In this document: positions 42,510 through 53,233 of the stretch, one piece after another
Layout: each line of letters begins with the position of its first letter
Numbering within the stretch: the first letter of the stretch is position 1
Virus record (IMG/VR): IMGVR_UViG_3300012984_000010
Length of the DNA stretch: 64,000 nucleotides
Reading direction: 5' to 3' (one strand)
Source: a virus
Taxonomy: Duplodnaviria; Caudoviricetes
Translations under genes and position numbers: made by a program
Notes under the pieces: generated by a model
The model's database searches: none
What the model was told of the DNA's origin: nothing
What the model saw: the letters and a program-made list of their open reading frames with translations, nothing else

Positions 42510-43816
42510 TCGGCAGCTTCGTCGTCCTGACTGTCGTCAGAATCGCTTTCGATCACTTCTTCCACCACAGGGGTGTCCGATACGGAGTCGTCGCTCAAGT
42601 CGTTCCCGCCCAGAGCGTCTTCCACAGTGCTGATCATCGACTCCTCATCAGAGATGTCGTCGACAGGCTCGTCATCCTTGACAGCTACCAAGACTTTGCG
42701 CTTGATTTCCTCAAAGATACCGTGGTTCTTGCACAGATAGTCGCGGAACTTCTCCTTGGAACGTTCCTCATGTTCTCCGTACGATAGAGTGGAACCGCTC
42801 TTCTTGATGATCCTATTGGCTACTCCAGACTCAATCAGGCTGTAGTAGTTGTCGATGCCTTGACCGTACCTGATGAACAGGTCTGTGGTGTGGCCGGCCG
42901 TGCTATCGAGGCGGGTCTTGATGATTTTGGCTTGGGTGTGTTGACCGAAAGGTGAGCGCTTCTTCTTACCAGTGTGACGGTCGGTCACCTCCTTCACCTC
43001 ACTTCGAATCTTGGTGAATTGGATACGAAGGTGGGCAAAGTACTTGAAGGCTTTGCCGCCCGCCGTATTGTGGTCACCAGATGCCTTGGCGGTCGTACTG
43101 ATGACGGCACGATTCTGGTTGATGAACACGAGAGCGGTGCCCTTCGGATTCTTGGACACGTTGGGGTCGTTCAGCCACGTTGCAATCTTGGGCAGGACTT
43201 GGCTCAGAGCTCTTGCCTGAGCACCAATCCTCGCCGGATCGTCGAAGCCCTTTTCCAGCTCTTCTTTCGGAACCATCGCCGCCACCGAGTCAGCGACGAT
43301 CAGGTCTACCTTGGCCTGGAGTCCGATCAGAATCATCTTCCAACCCTCTTCCATGGTGTCAGGTTGGAACAACAGCAGCTTGTCGGGATCGAACGATACC
43401 CCGATTGAACGAGCGTACTTCTGTGAGAGGGCCTTTTCGAAGTCCAGGAACATCGCCAGGCCGCCCTGACGTTGGACCTCTGCTACTGCTTCCAAAGCCG
43501 CAGTCGTCTTGCCTGAGGCTTCCGCCCCAAACAACTCAGTGTAGCAACGACGGGGGTATCCAGGGCAAATGGGCGATTTCCCATCTTCCGCCATGGTGCC
43601 ACCAATCAGGTGGTCGAGAAGGAACGATCCCGAACTCACGAACGGGCGACTCCCTCTGTCCTCGCCTACTATTTTCTTGCCAGTAACTTTGAGTACGGCC
43701 GCTCTAGCAGCGGCGGCATTCTTTGCCGAGTCCTCGCTAGCCTTGGAGCTGGCTTTTGGCGTTACTTTAGTATCTTGACCTTCAGGACCTTCTGGTGGTT
43801 TCTTTCGAACAGCCAT
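42506..43816 (-). CDS. recA: RecA recombinase
   Basis: SSGS..LD, GYPR, GAEASGKTT, FLDFE, DSVAAM, FINQ.R, GGKAFKYFA. Confidence 0.95.
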   Translation of the reverse strand: MAVRKKPPEGPEGQDTKVTPKASSKASEDSAKNAAAARAAVLKVTGKKIVGEDRGSRPFVSSGSFLLDHLIGGTMAEDGKSPICPGYPRRCYTELFGAEASGKTTAALEAVAEVQRQGGLAMFLDFEKALSQKYARSIGVSFDPDKLLLFQPDTMEEGWKMILIGLQAKVDLIVADSVAAMVPKEELEKGFDDPARIGAQARALSQVLPKIATWLNDPNVSKNPKGTALVFINQNRAVISTTAKASGDHNTAGGKAFKYFAHLRIQFTKIRSEVKEVTDRHTGKKKRSPFGQHTQAKIIKTRLDSTAGHTTDLFIRYGQGIDNYYSLIESGVANRIIKKSGSTLSYGEHEERSKEKFRDYLCKNHGIFEEIKRKVLVAVKDDEPVDDISDEESMISTVEDALGGNDLSDDSVSDTPVVEEVIESDSDDSQDDEAAE

Positions 43817-44481
43817 TTGATTAGTTCCTCTTCTTCAGGGGTGATTGGTATGTTGGAGAACCGGAAGAACCTGTCGTCTTCTCGGAAGATCAGTCCTGCC
43901 TTGACTGTCCGACCCGCTTTCGCACCCTTTTGGTAGGTGTGCACTCTTGCGAATGAGTGCTTCTCTGATGGGGTCAGATCTTCTTCTGTGATGATCTTGG
44001 ATTCCAGCTTCCAGAAGCGGGCAGCTGACCTGGCCAGCAGGTATGCATCCGCTTCATTGTGGTTCCACTTTTTGAATTGAGTGTCGGCTCTGGCAGCCTC
44101 CAGCATGTCCGACTTGTCCATTGTGCCGCGACGGACCTTTGGGTCCTGTTTGGCCAACATCTTTAGGGACAAGGGATCGAAGTAGACTACATCCTTCCGA
44201 CACAGATAAAGGGCTTCATTGACGTACAGGAATAGGCCGTACAACCCTTCTGAAAACGACTCACCAAATGGCGGGGACTCTACCCCAACAGCTTCAATTG
44301 GGTATCGAAGTATCAGACTGATCAATTCATCCCGAATCGCCACGTAACGTTCTATGAACAGAGCGTTGGCGTCAGTGATGAACTGACCTTTGGCCAAGAC
44401 TCGGCCGGGCCCCACAACATCAGAGTTATGAACTGCCCAGCCGAATCCGGTCAACGACGGGTCAAGACCTAGAGTGATCAT
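43762..44481 (-). CDS. RuvC-like Holliday junction resolvase
   Basis: LGLDPSLTGFG, VGVESP, NEADA. Confidence 0.85.
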   Translation of the reverse strand: MITLGLDPSLTGFGWAVHNSDVVGPGRVLAKGQFITDANALFIERYVAIRDELISLILRYPIEAVGVESPPFGESFSEGLYGLFLYVNEALYLCRKDVVYFDPLSLKMLAKQDPKVRRGTMDKSDMLEAARADTQFKKWNHNEADAYLLARSAARFWKLESKIITEEDLTPSEKHSFARVHTYQKGAKAGRTVKAGLIFREDDRFFRFSNIPITPEEEELIKWLFERNHQKVLKVKILK

Positions 44482-44505
44482 GCGGGGGTCGGACCCCCTC
44501 CCTGA

Positions 44506-45348
44506 TCAAACCTGATCCATCAAATTCCCGAAATCTCCGTCCATGGAGGTGTCGACGCCACCCCCATCAGAGATCCCGAGTTTGAGCTTCAGGTCGGCCG
44601 TGCTGAGTTCACGGAAGGGCACCAGTTTTTCGTAGATCGGGAAGGCCTTCTCCAGAACCCTGGATTGGATCTTCTCGTTACGCCAAATGGCCTTGCCTGC
44701 CCCGTCAATATCGAAGTTCTGATACTCCGTATTGGTGCACTTCAGACTGAGGTCTTGCATGCAGATGTTGAGGTCATTCGACCGCAAGCTCTCTGCTACC
44801 TCATGTAGGCGACGAAACACCTTGTTGCTGAAGCGCCAGGGAACGACAGTCCAATTGGTGGCCAGTTGCTCCTTGATCGGCTCGCCTTCACGAGTGGTGG
44901 GGTAGACGATCAGGCAAGTGGTGAAGTAGGTCTTCACGTCGCCCAAGCTCTTCCACACCTGATCCGCCTCGGAACCGTCCTTACCCAGGCGAGAGACGAC
45001 ATAGCCGACTCCCTCCTTGTAGTGTGCCTCTATTTTCTTGAAGCGCACATTGGTGAGGTCCAGCTTGTCCGACTCGGTTAGTTGATCTACCGATTTGCCC
45101 AGCGCCTCTGCCTTTTTGGCAAATTGCGCTTGGACAGCAGCAACTATTTCTTCCTTCGTAGCGGCCGGATTCTTCTTCTTGACTGCTCGAACGACGGCAG
45201 CTTCCAACGGATTGAAGTACACGAGGGAAACACGGTAGGTGCGCCCCTTCTCCCCTTTGAACCAATCTAGTTGATTCGAACGGGCGTGCTTCTTGTCTTC
45301 CGCACCAAGCCCCACATCGTCATCGTAGCTTTCGAGATCTATTTCCAT
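44506..45348 (-). CDS. Probable single-stranded DNA-binding protein
   Basis: Adjacent to resolvase and recA; FK.EKG.TYRVS OB-like start; acidic C-terminal tail. Confidence 0.6.
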   Translation of the reverse strand: MEIDLESYDDDVGLGAEDKKHARSNQLDWFKGEKGRTYRVSLVYFNPLEAAVVRAVKKKNPAATKEEIVAAVQAQFAKKAEALGKSVDQLTESDKLDLTNVRFKKIEAHYKEGVGYVVSRLGKDGSEADQVWKSLGDVKTYFTTCLIVYPTTREGEPIKEQLATNWTVVPWRFSNKVFRRLHEVAESLRSNDLNICMQDLSLKCTNTEYQNFDIDGAGKAIWRNEKIQSRVLEKAFPIYEKLVPFRELSTADLKLKLGISDGGGVDTSMDGDFGNLMDQV

Positions 45349-45437
45349 AACGTTTCTTGCTCCTACTGCTGTTAGTAAGGGCCCGCACTACCTACAAATT
45401 AGATTGTTGGGTAGGAGTGTGAGCTCTATATTGGCTA

Positions 45438-45445
45438 CTACACCG
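45438..45445 (-). promoter_or_regulatory. CGGTGTAG promoter-like motif upstream of the SSB gene (leadered)
   Basis: At the start of a ~100-bp intergenic region. Confidence 0.5.
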
Positions 45446-45451
45446 GTTGAT

Positions 45452-46231
45452 TTAGAGATTATCGAAAAGGGACGAATAATCTTCGCCTTCAAGGAATTTG
45501 GCGATGGCTGCTTCGTCTGAGTTGGGCTCTGGATCAGCAGACACCACTACTGGTTGTGGCTTAGGAGTCGCGGTCTCCAACACTGGCTGAACGTCCTCTT
45601 CTTCATCAGTAGTCGCCTGTTCGTTGACCGCCGCTGAAGTTACCTCTAACAGGTTGGTCAACTCGTCATCATCAATAGTGAACCCGTTAGGCATTGTGGA
45701 ATGTGTCCCACCTTGAGGAGTTCTGTATTGTGACTTGCGCGAGGTTTCGGTCTCATCTCCGTAGAAAGAGCCAGTTCTGAGTTCCGCATCGATCAGGCCT
45801 TTCTGCATACGAATCGCACTTACGGTGTTCTCCAATTCTTTGTGTCGATGACGAACCGCCTTATCGACGAACCCCAACTCTTTGACTTGGTTCTTCAGCT
45901 TGACGATCTTTGCACGCTCTTCTCGAAGAATCAGGTTGATCATAGCCCTACGATCCTCAATGTTGGGGAGTCGTGTCACCCTGGCATCATCTGCCAACAG
46001 GCTGTCCGAGCTGATCGAATAGGCCGCCTCAGCCGCATCAAGCTCGGTCTCGATGGCGGACTTTTGACGATGCACCTCATGCACCATGAGACTGGTGGTG
46101 TTGAGCATCCCTCTGGTTTTGGAGATCAGATCCTGCAAGTAAGCTGGACCCATCGCCACGGGGTCTCTCGCCAGCTCAACCACTAGTGTGCCTAGTTGAT
46201 CGTAAATCTCCTCGATACGTGCTTGTTTCAT
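45452..46231 (-). CDS. Coiled-coil hypothetical protein with acidic tail
   Basis: Start moved to ATG 46231 (ATGA overlap with the helicase stop, SD GGAG). Confidence 0.6.
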   Translation of the reverse strand: MKQARIEEIYDQLGTLVVELARDPVAMGPAYLQDLISKTRGMLNTTSLMVHEVHRQKSAIETELDAAEAAYSISSDSLLADDARVTRLPNIEDRRAMINLILREERAKIVKLKNQVKELGFVDKAVRHRHKELENTVSAIRMQKGLIDAELRTGSFYGDETETSRKSQYRTPQGGTHSTMPNGFTIDDDELTNLLEVTSAAVNEQATTDEEEDVQPVLETATPKPQPVVVSADPEPNSDEAAIAKFLEGEDYSSLFDNL

Positions 46232-48426
46232 TGGTTTTCTCCGACAGGTACACTGACAGCCACCAGGTTGTTGGAGATGGCTTTGGAAAGAATGGTGTTG
46301 CGCCGCACAACCTTGTTGTTCTCGATCGCCTTCTGGACTGCGGTTTCCTCCCCAATCAACCACACTCGTTTCTTGGCTCTAGTGACGGCAGTATAGAGCA
46401 GATTGCGTTGAAGCATTCGGCCTTGGGTTTTGACGATCGGCATGATGATGGTGTCGAATTCCGACCCCTGACTCTTGTGGGCTGTAATCGCATAGGCCAA
46501 TCGAAGCTTGATTCCGGCCGTCGCCTCAGGGAAGTTGATGTCCTCCTCCATCTGCGCCCCCAAGCCGTGGATCTTCACCAACAGAGAGTCTCGGTAGACG
46601 TGGCGAAGCTTGCCCACATCACCGTTGTAGACCTTCAGCTTGTAGTCATTCTGAACCACCATGAGGCGATCCCCCTCCCGAAAGCGCTGCTTGCCGTTGG
46701 ACCACTCCTTCGGACCCTCAGGATTGAGAGCATCCCGCAACAACTCGTTGAGATTGTCCACCCCCACCACGCCATCATATTTGGGGGACAGAACTTGGAA
46801 ATTGGCATCTCGGGATTTCAGTTTCACTGCCATTTCCACAATGAGGGCAGCGATCTTGGCTTCATCACTGATGCGGACGAACCGAAATTCAGATTCCTTG
46901 TCCTGAATCGATAGTTCGGGCATCTTCCCAGAGTTGATCTTGTGGGAATTGATCACGATCTCGCCCTGGGCCGCCTGACGGAAGATCTCAGTCAATCTGA
47001 CGTGCGGCATTGCCTTGCAATCGATCAGTTCGCGGAGAACGTTCCCTGGACCAACCGAGGGGAGCTGTGCATCGTCCCCTACGAGAATGATCCTCGTATC
47101 CGATCGGAGGGCACTAAGTAGGCGGTACAGCAGCTCCTGGTCCACCATACTGGCTTCATCCAAAATGACCGCTTCTGTGATGAAATGGTTGTTCTCATTA
47201 TGCCCCCAATTGATCCCGTCGAACCGGAGCGCTCGATGAACCGTATGGGCCTCATGCCCCGTAACCGACGCTAGGCGCTTGGCTGCGATGCCGGTAGGGG
47301 CCATGAGTCTAAAGCTGATCTTGGCGTCCTCCAATAGCCTCACAAGGGCTCGAAGGACGGTTGTTTTACCCGTACCAGGCAGGCCTGTAATGGCCAGGGC
47401 CCGATTCTGGGTCAACAGCTCAACTGCCGTCCTCTGGGCGTCCGAGAGCCGAAGCTTATGGGACCGTTCGTATTCCTGGATGAAGGTAGTAGTGTCGACC
47501 TGCAGGACGGGAGAGGGGTTCAGTCGGGAGGCAATGTAGGCAGCGCTCTTCCGTTCAAAGTCGAATAGTTGAGGCAAGTATAGCCCAGACTCCACATCCA
47601 GCATGGCCGACTTCTGCTTGACCAACTGAACCACTGCCGCGTCATAAGCTTTGGCGGGCTCGGCCAGAGACAGGATGAGGTTGTCCTTCTGAGCCAGTTC
47701 GGAGATGTGCTGCCCCAACTCCCCTCTCCGAAGATAGAGGTGTCCCTGTTTGGATGCTTCCTGAAGGGCCCAAAGCACCATCCCCTGTATGCGTCTAGGA
47801 TCGTTGTGCTTGCAACCCAGATGAATAGCCAGACGATCGATCTTGGAGAAAGAGAACCCCAAGATCTCCATCAGTCGGTAGGGATTGTCCGCAATGATCT
47901 GTGGGGCTTCCGATCCAAAGCGGATCAAGGCAGCCTGTACCTCCATCGCCCCCAACCCGCCTTCCCGTAACAGTACCGACAAGTCTCTGGTAGCTATGAC
48001 GGTGCCCCAGCTCAATACCGCCTTTGCCAAAGCCTCCTTTGAGACTTTCGGATATTTAGTACCTAGGACAACATCTGGCAGTTTGGTCAACTGTTCGAAG
48101 GTGTCTAGCCCGTGAGCATTGACCAGGGCATCCACCAAGGTCAAGTCAGAGAACTCCTTCACACACACGTTCAGGAATTCGACCACCTCTTTAGGTGAAC
48201 TGGCCCACGGCTCCCAAGTCTGAATCAGGAATTCTTTCCCGTACTTCTGGGCGAACTGCCACTTACCCAACAACTTGATCGATATCCCTGGTTTGACCTG
48301 CAACAGCCCATACAGGTTTCCCTTGACTTTGACGTTTCGATGCCCCTCAGCATCAAAGTTGAGGATATAGTACCCATCCTGAGTGTAAACAATCGAATAC
48401 ACTCGTCCAACCAGGATGTCGTTCAT
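46228..48426 (-). CDS. RecD2-like SF1B helicase
   Basis: GLPGTGKTT, DEASM, GDDAQLPSVGPG, LTEIFRQ, AYAITAHKSQGSEF, LYTAVTRAK. Confidence 0.93.
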   Translation of the reverse strand: MNDILVGRVYSIVYTQDGYYILNFDAEGHRNVKVKGNLYGLLQVKPGISIKLLGKWQFAQKYGKEFLIQTWEPWASSPKEVVEFLNVCVKEFSDLTLVDALVNAHGLDTFEQLTKLPDVVLGTKYPKVSKEALAKAVLSWGTVIATRDLSVLLREGGLGAMEVQAALIRFGSEAPQIIADNPYRLMEILGFSFSKIDRLAIHLGCKHNDPRRIQGMVLWALQEASKQGHLYLRRGELGQHISELAQKDNLILSLAEPAKAYDAAVVQLVKQKSAMLDVESGLYLPQLFDFERKSAAYIASRLNPSPVLQVDTTTFIQEYERSHKLRLSDAQRTAVELLTQNRALAITGLPGTGKTTVLRALVRLLEDAKISFRLMAPTGIAAKRLASVTGHEAHTVHRALRFDGINWGHNENNHFITEAVILDEASMVDQELLYRLLSALRSDTRIILVGDDAQLPSVGPGNVLRELIDCKAMPHVRLTEIFRQAAQGEIVINSHKINSGKMPELSIQDKESEFRFVRISDEAKIAALIVEMAVKLKSRDANFQVLSPKYDGVVGVDNLNELLRDALNPEGPKEWSNGKQRFREGDRLMVVQNDYKLKVYNGDVGKLRHVYRDSLLVKIHGLGAQMEEDINFPEATAGIKLRLAYAITAHKSQGSEFDTIIMPIVKTQGRMLQRNLLYTAVTRAKKRVWLIGEETAVQKAIENNKVVRRNTILSKAISNNLVAVSVPVGENQ

Positions 48427-49295
48427 ACCGCCCCAGGCTTCTGCATGTCCCACTCACCAGGGATTTCCTTCCGGTGTTGGACCCACCCTCGGAAGTTGCC
48501 AAGGAACGGGACCTTCCCTTTGCCAATCTCACACTGCCGTGTGTAGTCCCACTTTTCATCTCCCGTCATCGGGCGGGCCGAGTGCTCGAACGGACTCATG
48601 TGACCCCCAGACAAGAGGCGGTTGTACAGCGTGTAGTCCGCCTCTGGGTCTCGGATCCCATCTTGGGTCAGATAGCTGACCCTAGCACAACGGGCAGTAG
48701 ACAGCTTGACCAGTTGATTAAGTGTTAGTTCTCCGAACTCCTCAGGGCGAATGTACGGCAGATGCCACTCACCAGGACCCAACACCTTGGGAGTGCTTCC
48801 TTGGTAGTCATCTTCCATCATGCCGGCGATTCGATCGATCTCCGGCTGAGCCATGAGATTGTGCCGGAGATGGAAGTAATTGTCCCATTCAGTCGCGGTG
48901 CAAACGACAGTGTGCCACATGAACGGCTCCAACAAGCGGTTCGTGATTTGCTTGTGGACGCCTATTTTGAGCAGCATTCCGACATGCTTGACGGCACTGT
49001 CTCGGGCTAGGAGCCATTCCTCTACGGCCAAAGCCTGCTCCTCTGGAGACAGCTCCTCCATGGCCTGCATGCCGCTTTGATTCTTCCCCCAATGGATAGG
49101 AATGAAGGGATCGTTCAGAACCTTTGCTAGTTGCTTCTCAATCGGGATGGCTCGACTAGAGGCCGAGTTCCTGGAGAACACTCGATGAGTGTTAAACTCC
49201 GCCAACACCATTCTTGGGAAGGTTATTTCGAACGTTGTGAGGCGAATGTTCTCAATACTGCACAGGGAATCTGCAATTATTTTACAAGCGTACAT
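48423..49295 (-). CDS. thyX: Flavin-dependent thymidylate synthase (phage type)
   Basis: THRVFSRNSASSRAIP motif and HMSPFEH; start likely 49295. Confidence 0.88.
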   Translation of the reverse strand: MYACKIIADSLCSIENIRLTTFEITFPRMVLAEFNTHRVFSRNSASSRAIPIEKQLAKVLNDPFIPIHWGKNQSGMQAMEELSPEEQALAVEEWLLARDSAVKHVGMLLKIGVHKQITNRLLEPFMWHTVVCTATEWDNYFHLRHNLMAQPEIDRIAGMMEDDYQGSTPKVLGPGEWHLPYIRPEEFGELTLNQLVKLSTARCARVSYLTQDGIRDPEADYTLYNRLLSGGHMSPFEHSARPMTGDEKWDYTRQCEIGKGKVPFLGNFRGWVQHRKEIPGEWDMQKPGAV

Positions 49296-49305
49296 AGGTT
49301 CCTTT

Positions 49306-51216
49306 TCACACTCCACACATAGACACAAAGGCCTCTTCCGAGATACACGTAGTTCCGTTCTTTCTGGCCGCCTCAGCCTTCGAGGAAGTGGAGGCTGGGT
49401 CGGCCAGAACCAGATAGGTCAGACCCTTGCCGACCGAATTCTTGACCATACCGCCAGCAGCTTCCGCCATCTGCTCAAGCTCAGCTCGTTTTCTTGTGGA
49501 CTTGCCCGTGAAGCACACCGACTTGCCTGTCAGGGCTCCTTGAGCTCTAGCGGCAATCTTGACCCCCGTAGACAGAATGTCGTCGACAAGAGTCCGATGG
49601 TGCCTCATCCAAAGGGCCAATGCTTCTGCCCGCTTCGGACCCATACCTGGAATGATCTGGAGTTGGTCTATCGAAGCTTTGGCAATCTTGTCCACCGAGT
49701 CCAAGCCGGCGTCTACCAAAAGGCGGATGGTAGACGTGGCACACAAGGGGATGCTGAGCCCGCCCAACAGCTTCTCCAACGGCATCTCTGCCGCTCCCCA
49801 GAGCGTCTTTAGGACATTGGCAGCCGACTTGTCACCCATCCGGTCCAAGGCGGCCACTTGCTCTTGTTTAAGCCTGTAGAGGTCCGCCACGCTAGAGACA
49901 TGGCCGGCGTCTACCAATTTCTGGATCACAGATTCACCCCATTCAAGGATCCCCAGCTCTGCCACCCATTGTTTGATGCGACCAACCACTTGGGCCGGAC
50001 AGCCGGACACATTGGAACAGATGATGTACTCACCATCTCTGGCCGTTGGGTCAGAGCATACAGGACATTGGGTCGGGGGTTTGGCGACCGTTCCCGTAGA
50101 AGCTACGATTTGATGAACACGAGGGATCACATCATTGGCTCGAATGACCAAGACCTTGGAGCCAATGTCGACCCCCAAGTCTTCAATGTACTTCAAGTTG
50201 TACAGACTTGCTCTGGAGGTCTCAGCTCCAATGAGATTGACGGTATCGAAGACCGCCACAGGGGTGATACGCCCAATGCTGCCAACCTGCCAAATGATGT
50301 CCCGAATCGTGGTCTCCTTGGCAATGGGAGTGAATTTGTAAGCCACAGCCCCCTGAGGGCAACCGTTCGTCTCCCCTAGCGAATACTGGTAGGGCAGGTC
50401 GTTCAAACGGACAACCAAACCATCAATCTCGTAATCCAAAGAGTCTCTGAACCCTGCCTGATAGCGGGCCCATTCCGCATTGATGGCAGCCGCATCAAGC
50501 ACAACCGAGAAGTTGGGTATAGTGAAGCCCAATTGAGCCATATGTAGGAATTGCTCGTATTCTGTCTTGGAATCGTAGCCTTCTTGGATCTGGTAAGTGA
50601 CCACCGTTAGGTGCTCACAACCCTTACCGTCAGAGCGCTTGGAAACCCCTGAGGCCATGTTCCGGGGGTTGGCGTGACCTGGGAAGTGTTCAAGGAAGTC
50701 CGCCTTGAACATGATGATCTCGCCTCTAAAAGTGGCGTTCAGATCAGTTGGTAGCGCCGTTGGCAGACCCTTCATCCGCAAGACGTTCGGAGTGATGTTT
50801 TCCCCCGTTACCCCGTCTCCTCTGGTCGAGGCCTGGACCAACAGGCCTTTTTCGTAACGAAGATTGATCGAGATCCCGTCGAGCTTCTCTGTGATCAGAT
50901 ACCCCTCAAGAGAAGTACGGGACAGCTTCGCCACCCACTCGGTCAACTGCTCTGGGATCTGGACCTTATCTAGGGAACCCATCAAGGTAGAATGGCGGAC
51001 TTTTGGCCATTCTGAGGAATCCGATACCGGAGCTCCGATACCGAAGACTTCCTTACTGGTTTCGGCGAACTCCTTGGAGAGTTCTACAGCCTCATCCCGC
51101 CAAGCATCGAATACTTCATCCGATACTGTGGGGGTTCCGTTGATGTAGTCGATTCGAGCTTGGGCGAGTTTTTTCGTTAGCTCGCCCAAGCGGCCTAGTT
51201 TACTGTTGGTATCCAC
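49306..51216 (-). CDS. ligA: NAD-dependent DNA ligase with BRCT domain
   Basis: EKLDG, TRGDG, RGE, DGLV, GRITPV, CPVC..C..C zinc finger, HhH repeats, BRCT. Confidence 0.96.
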   Translation of the reverse strand: MDTNSKLGRLGELTKKLAQARIDYINGTPTVSDEVFDAWRDEAVELSKEFAETSKEVFGIGAPVSDSSEWPKVRHSTLMGSLDKVQIPEQLTEWVAKLSRTSLEGYLITEKLDGISINLRYEKGLLVQASTRGDGVTGENITPNVLRMKGLPTALPTDLNATFRGEIIMFKADFLEHFPGHANPRNMASGVSKRSDGKGCEHLTVVTYQIQEGYDSKTEYEQFLHMAQLGFTIPNFSVVLDAAAINAEWARYQAGFRDSLDYEIDGLVVRLNDLPYQYSLGETNGCPQGAVAYKFTPIAKETTIRDIIWQVGSIGRITPVAVFDTVNLIGAETSRASLYNLKYIEDLGVDIGSKVLVIRANDVIPRVHQIVASTGTVAKPPTQCPVCSDPTARDGEYIICSNVSGCPAQVVGRIKQWVAELGILEWGESVIQKLVDAGHVSSVADLYRLKQEQVAALDRMGDKSAANVLKTLWGAAEMPLEKLLGGLSIPLCATSTIRLLVDAGLDSVDKIAKASIDQLQIIPGMGPKRAEALALWMRHHRTLVDDILSTGVKIAARAQGALTGKSVCFTGKSTRKRAELEQMAEAAGGMVKNSVGKGLTYLVLADPASTSSKAEAARKNGTTCISEEAFVSMCGV

Positions 51217-51224
51217 CAACAGTC

Positions 51225-51232
51225 TTACACCG
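51225..51232 (-). promoter_or_regulatory. CGGTGTAA motif upstream of ligA
   Basis: TA at -11/-10 relative to GTG 51216. Confidence 0.6.
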
Positions 51233-51240
51233 AAGCAGGG

Positions 51241-51525
51241 CTATTTACGTACGATATTGAAGGGCACAGTGGGTAGTTGTTCGGGCGTGATACCGAATAC
51301 CTGGCCCCCTCCAGCGTCCTCAACCATCTTGGCCAATTCGGCCAGTGTCTCAAACGAAGCCAGTGTCAGTCGAACCTCTTGCCCAACGTATTGTTCAAGT
51401 AGCTCCTGAAGGTCAGTCGTGTGAGCTTTACCGTCAACTCCTACAGAGATAACCTGCAGGCGTTCCGTCATAGGGTTCAATTCCACCACACCTTCAAGGA
51501 TGTGGCCCATAGCATTGGGGCTCAT
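51241..51525 (-). CDS. Hypothetical protein
   Basis: Likely start ATG 51525 just after the nrdA stop. Confidence 0.55.
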   Translation of the reverse strand: MSPNAMGHILEGVVELNPMTERLQVISVGVDGKAHTTDLQELLEQYVGQEVRLTLASFETLAELAKMVEDAGGGQVFGITPEQLPTVPFNIVRK

Positions 51526-51529
51526 TGGA

Positions 51530-53233
51530 TCATCCTTCACAAGCAACGCATTCGTCTTTCGACCGTGAAGCCAAATCACCCTTGATCACCCCGTCAGTGC
51601 GTAGGTAATACAACGACTTCATGCCGCTTTCCCAGGCCGCCACATGAACCTCATGCAGGTACTTCGGATCTGAGTTGGAGCCGAAGAACAAGTTGATGGA
51701 CTGTCCCTGGTCTACCCATTTCTGTCGCTGAGCAGCCTGCTTGACGATTGCGTGTTGGTTGATCTCCCTAGCGGTCAGGAAGACGGATTTCTCCTGGTCA
51801 GTCAAACAGTCCAAGTGCTGAACGCTGCCAGAGGCTTCGTTAATGGACTTCCAAGTCTCGGCGTCGTTCTTGCCCTTGGTTTCCAAAAGTCGTTCCAGGA
51901 CACCGTTCTTTCGAATGAAAGTCCCCTTGGCAGATTTCTGGAAGTAGATGTTGGCAGAAAGAGGCTCCACACCTGCCGAGTGTCCCCCAGAGATGGTGGA
52001 ATTGGAGACAGTCGGAGCAACAGCCATCAAGTGAGTGTTTCTCCGGCCATGACCCCGACACCACTCCGGCTCGCCCAATTCCTCGGCCAATATTTTGGTC
52101 TCAGCTTCAGCCTGGGTCTTGATGGTGCGGAATATTTCCGCGTTCAGGGTCATGCTGCCATAACTATCGAAGGGGTAGGACATTTCCTGAAGCAAGGTAT
52201 GCCAGCCCAGAACACCGATACCCAAAGCCCGCCCTTTCAAGGCACTAGCTCTGGACGGCTCCAGACCTTTCACCCCGTCCGATTTCCGAACGTATTCCTC
52301 AATCACAGCGTCAAGGAAGCGGACCGTGGTGGCCACCACATCACTATCTTTCCACTCCCCCCACTTGACCAAATTCAGGCTGGACAGGCAGCAGACAAAG
52401 CTGTGATCTGGATCCGTGTGAAGGAATATTTCAGTGCAGATGTTTGAGGTCTTTACGCTGAGGCCGTTGTCCGTGTAGCACTTCGGGTTCTGCCGATTAA
52501 CGTTGTCGGTGAAGAACATGTAAGGCTCGCCTGTCTCCACGCGAGCCTTGAGTATTTCTACCCAAAGGTTCCGTTTGGTCCCGTCTCCTGCCAACATCGA
52601 CTTCATCCAGTCGTCTGTGATACAGATTCCGTGGTTGAGGTTGAGGCATCTGCGGTTCATATCCCCGACAGGGCGACGGATATTGAGGAATTCGTCGATG
52701 TCGCCGTGTTCGATGGGGAGGTACACAGCCGAGGCACCACGACGTGTACTACCTTGGTTGACGCTCAACGTGGTGGTGTCGTAGACCTTAGCCCAAGGGA
52801 TCACCCCCTCAGACTTGCCGTTCCCGTTGATCGAAGCACCACGGCCCCGGATGTCGCCCAAATAGATCCCCACCCCAGCGCCGTTCTTGGACAGCATTGC
52901 TAGTTCGTGGTTCTTCTGGAAGATGCTCGAAACACTGTCGTCGATATGGATCGAGTTACACGAAATCGGTAACCCTCTGGTAGTACCCATATTGCTCAGC
53001 ACCGGAGAAGCAGGGCAAAGCCAATTACGCCACATTGCTTCAAAGAACTTGCCCTCCCACTTATCTGCGTCTTGGTAGTAGCTGGCAGCCGCTTTAGCTA
53101 CACGACGGTACATGGTCTTGGGGGTTTCCTCTGGAAGCAAATAGCCCCCTTTCAAAGTGCGGAAACCCTCATCACCCATCCACTCAGGAGCTTCCCCATC
53201 AGCCTTCAGTTGTTCGAAAGTATTTTCCATCAT
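51530..53233 (-). CDS. nrdA: Ribonucleotide reductase class Ia alpha subunit (no ATP cone)
   Basis: PISCNS, GAGVG, RRGA, SNICTEI, VCCLSS, APTVSNS, DQGQS, C-terminal CxxC. Confidence 0.95.
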   Translation of the reverse strand: MMENTFEQLKADGEAPEWMGDEGFRTLKGGYLLPEETPKTMYRRVAKAAASYYQDADKWEGKFFEAMWRNWLCPASPVLSNMGTTRGLPISCNSIHIDDSVSSIFQKNHELAMLSKNGAGVGIYLGDIRGRGASINGNGKSEGVIPWAKVYDTTTLSVNQGSTRRGASAVYLPIEHGDIDEFLNIRRPVGDMNRRCLNLNHGICITDDWMKSMLAGDGTKRNLWVEILKARVETGEPYMFFTDNVNRQNPKCYTDNGLSVKTSNICTEIFLHTDPDHSFVCCLSSLNLVKWGEWKDSDVVATTVRFLDAVIEEYVRKSDGVKGLEPSRASALKGRALGIGVLGWHTLLQEMSYPFDSYGSMTLNAEIFRTIKTQAEAETKILAEELGEPEWCRGHGRRNTHLMAVAPTVSNSTISGGHSAGVEPLSANIYFQKSAKGTFIRKNGVLERLLETKGKNDAETWKSINEASGSVQHLDCLTDQEKSVFLTAREINQHAIVKQAAQRQKWVDQGQSINLFFGSNSDPKYLHEVHVAAWESGMKSLYYLRTDGVIKGDLASRSKDECVACEG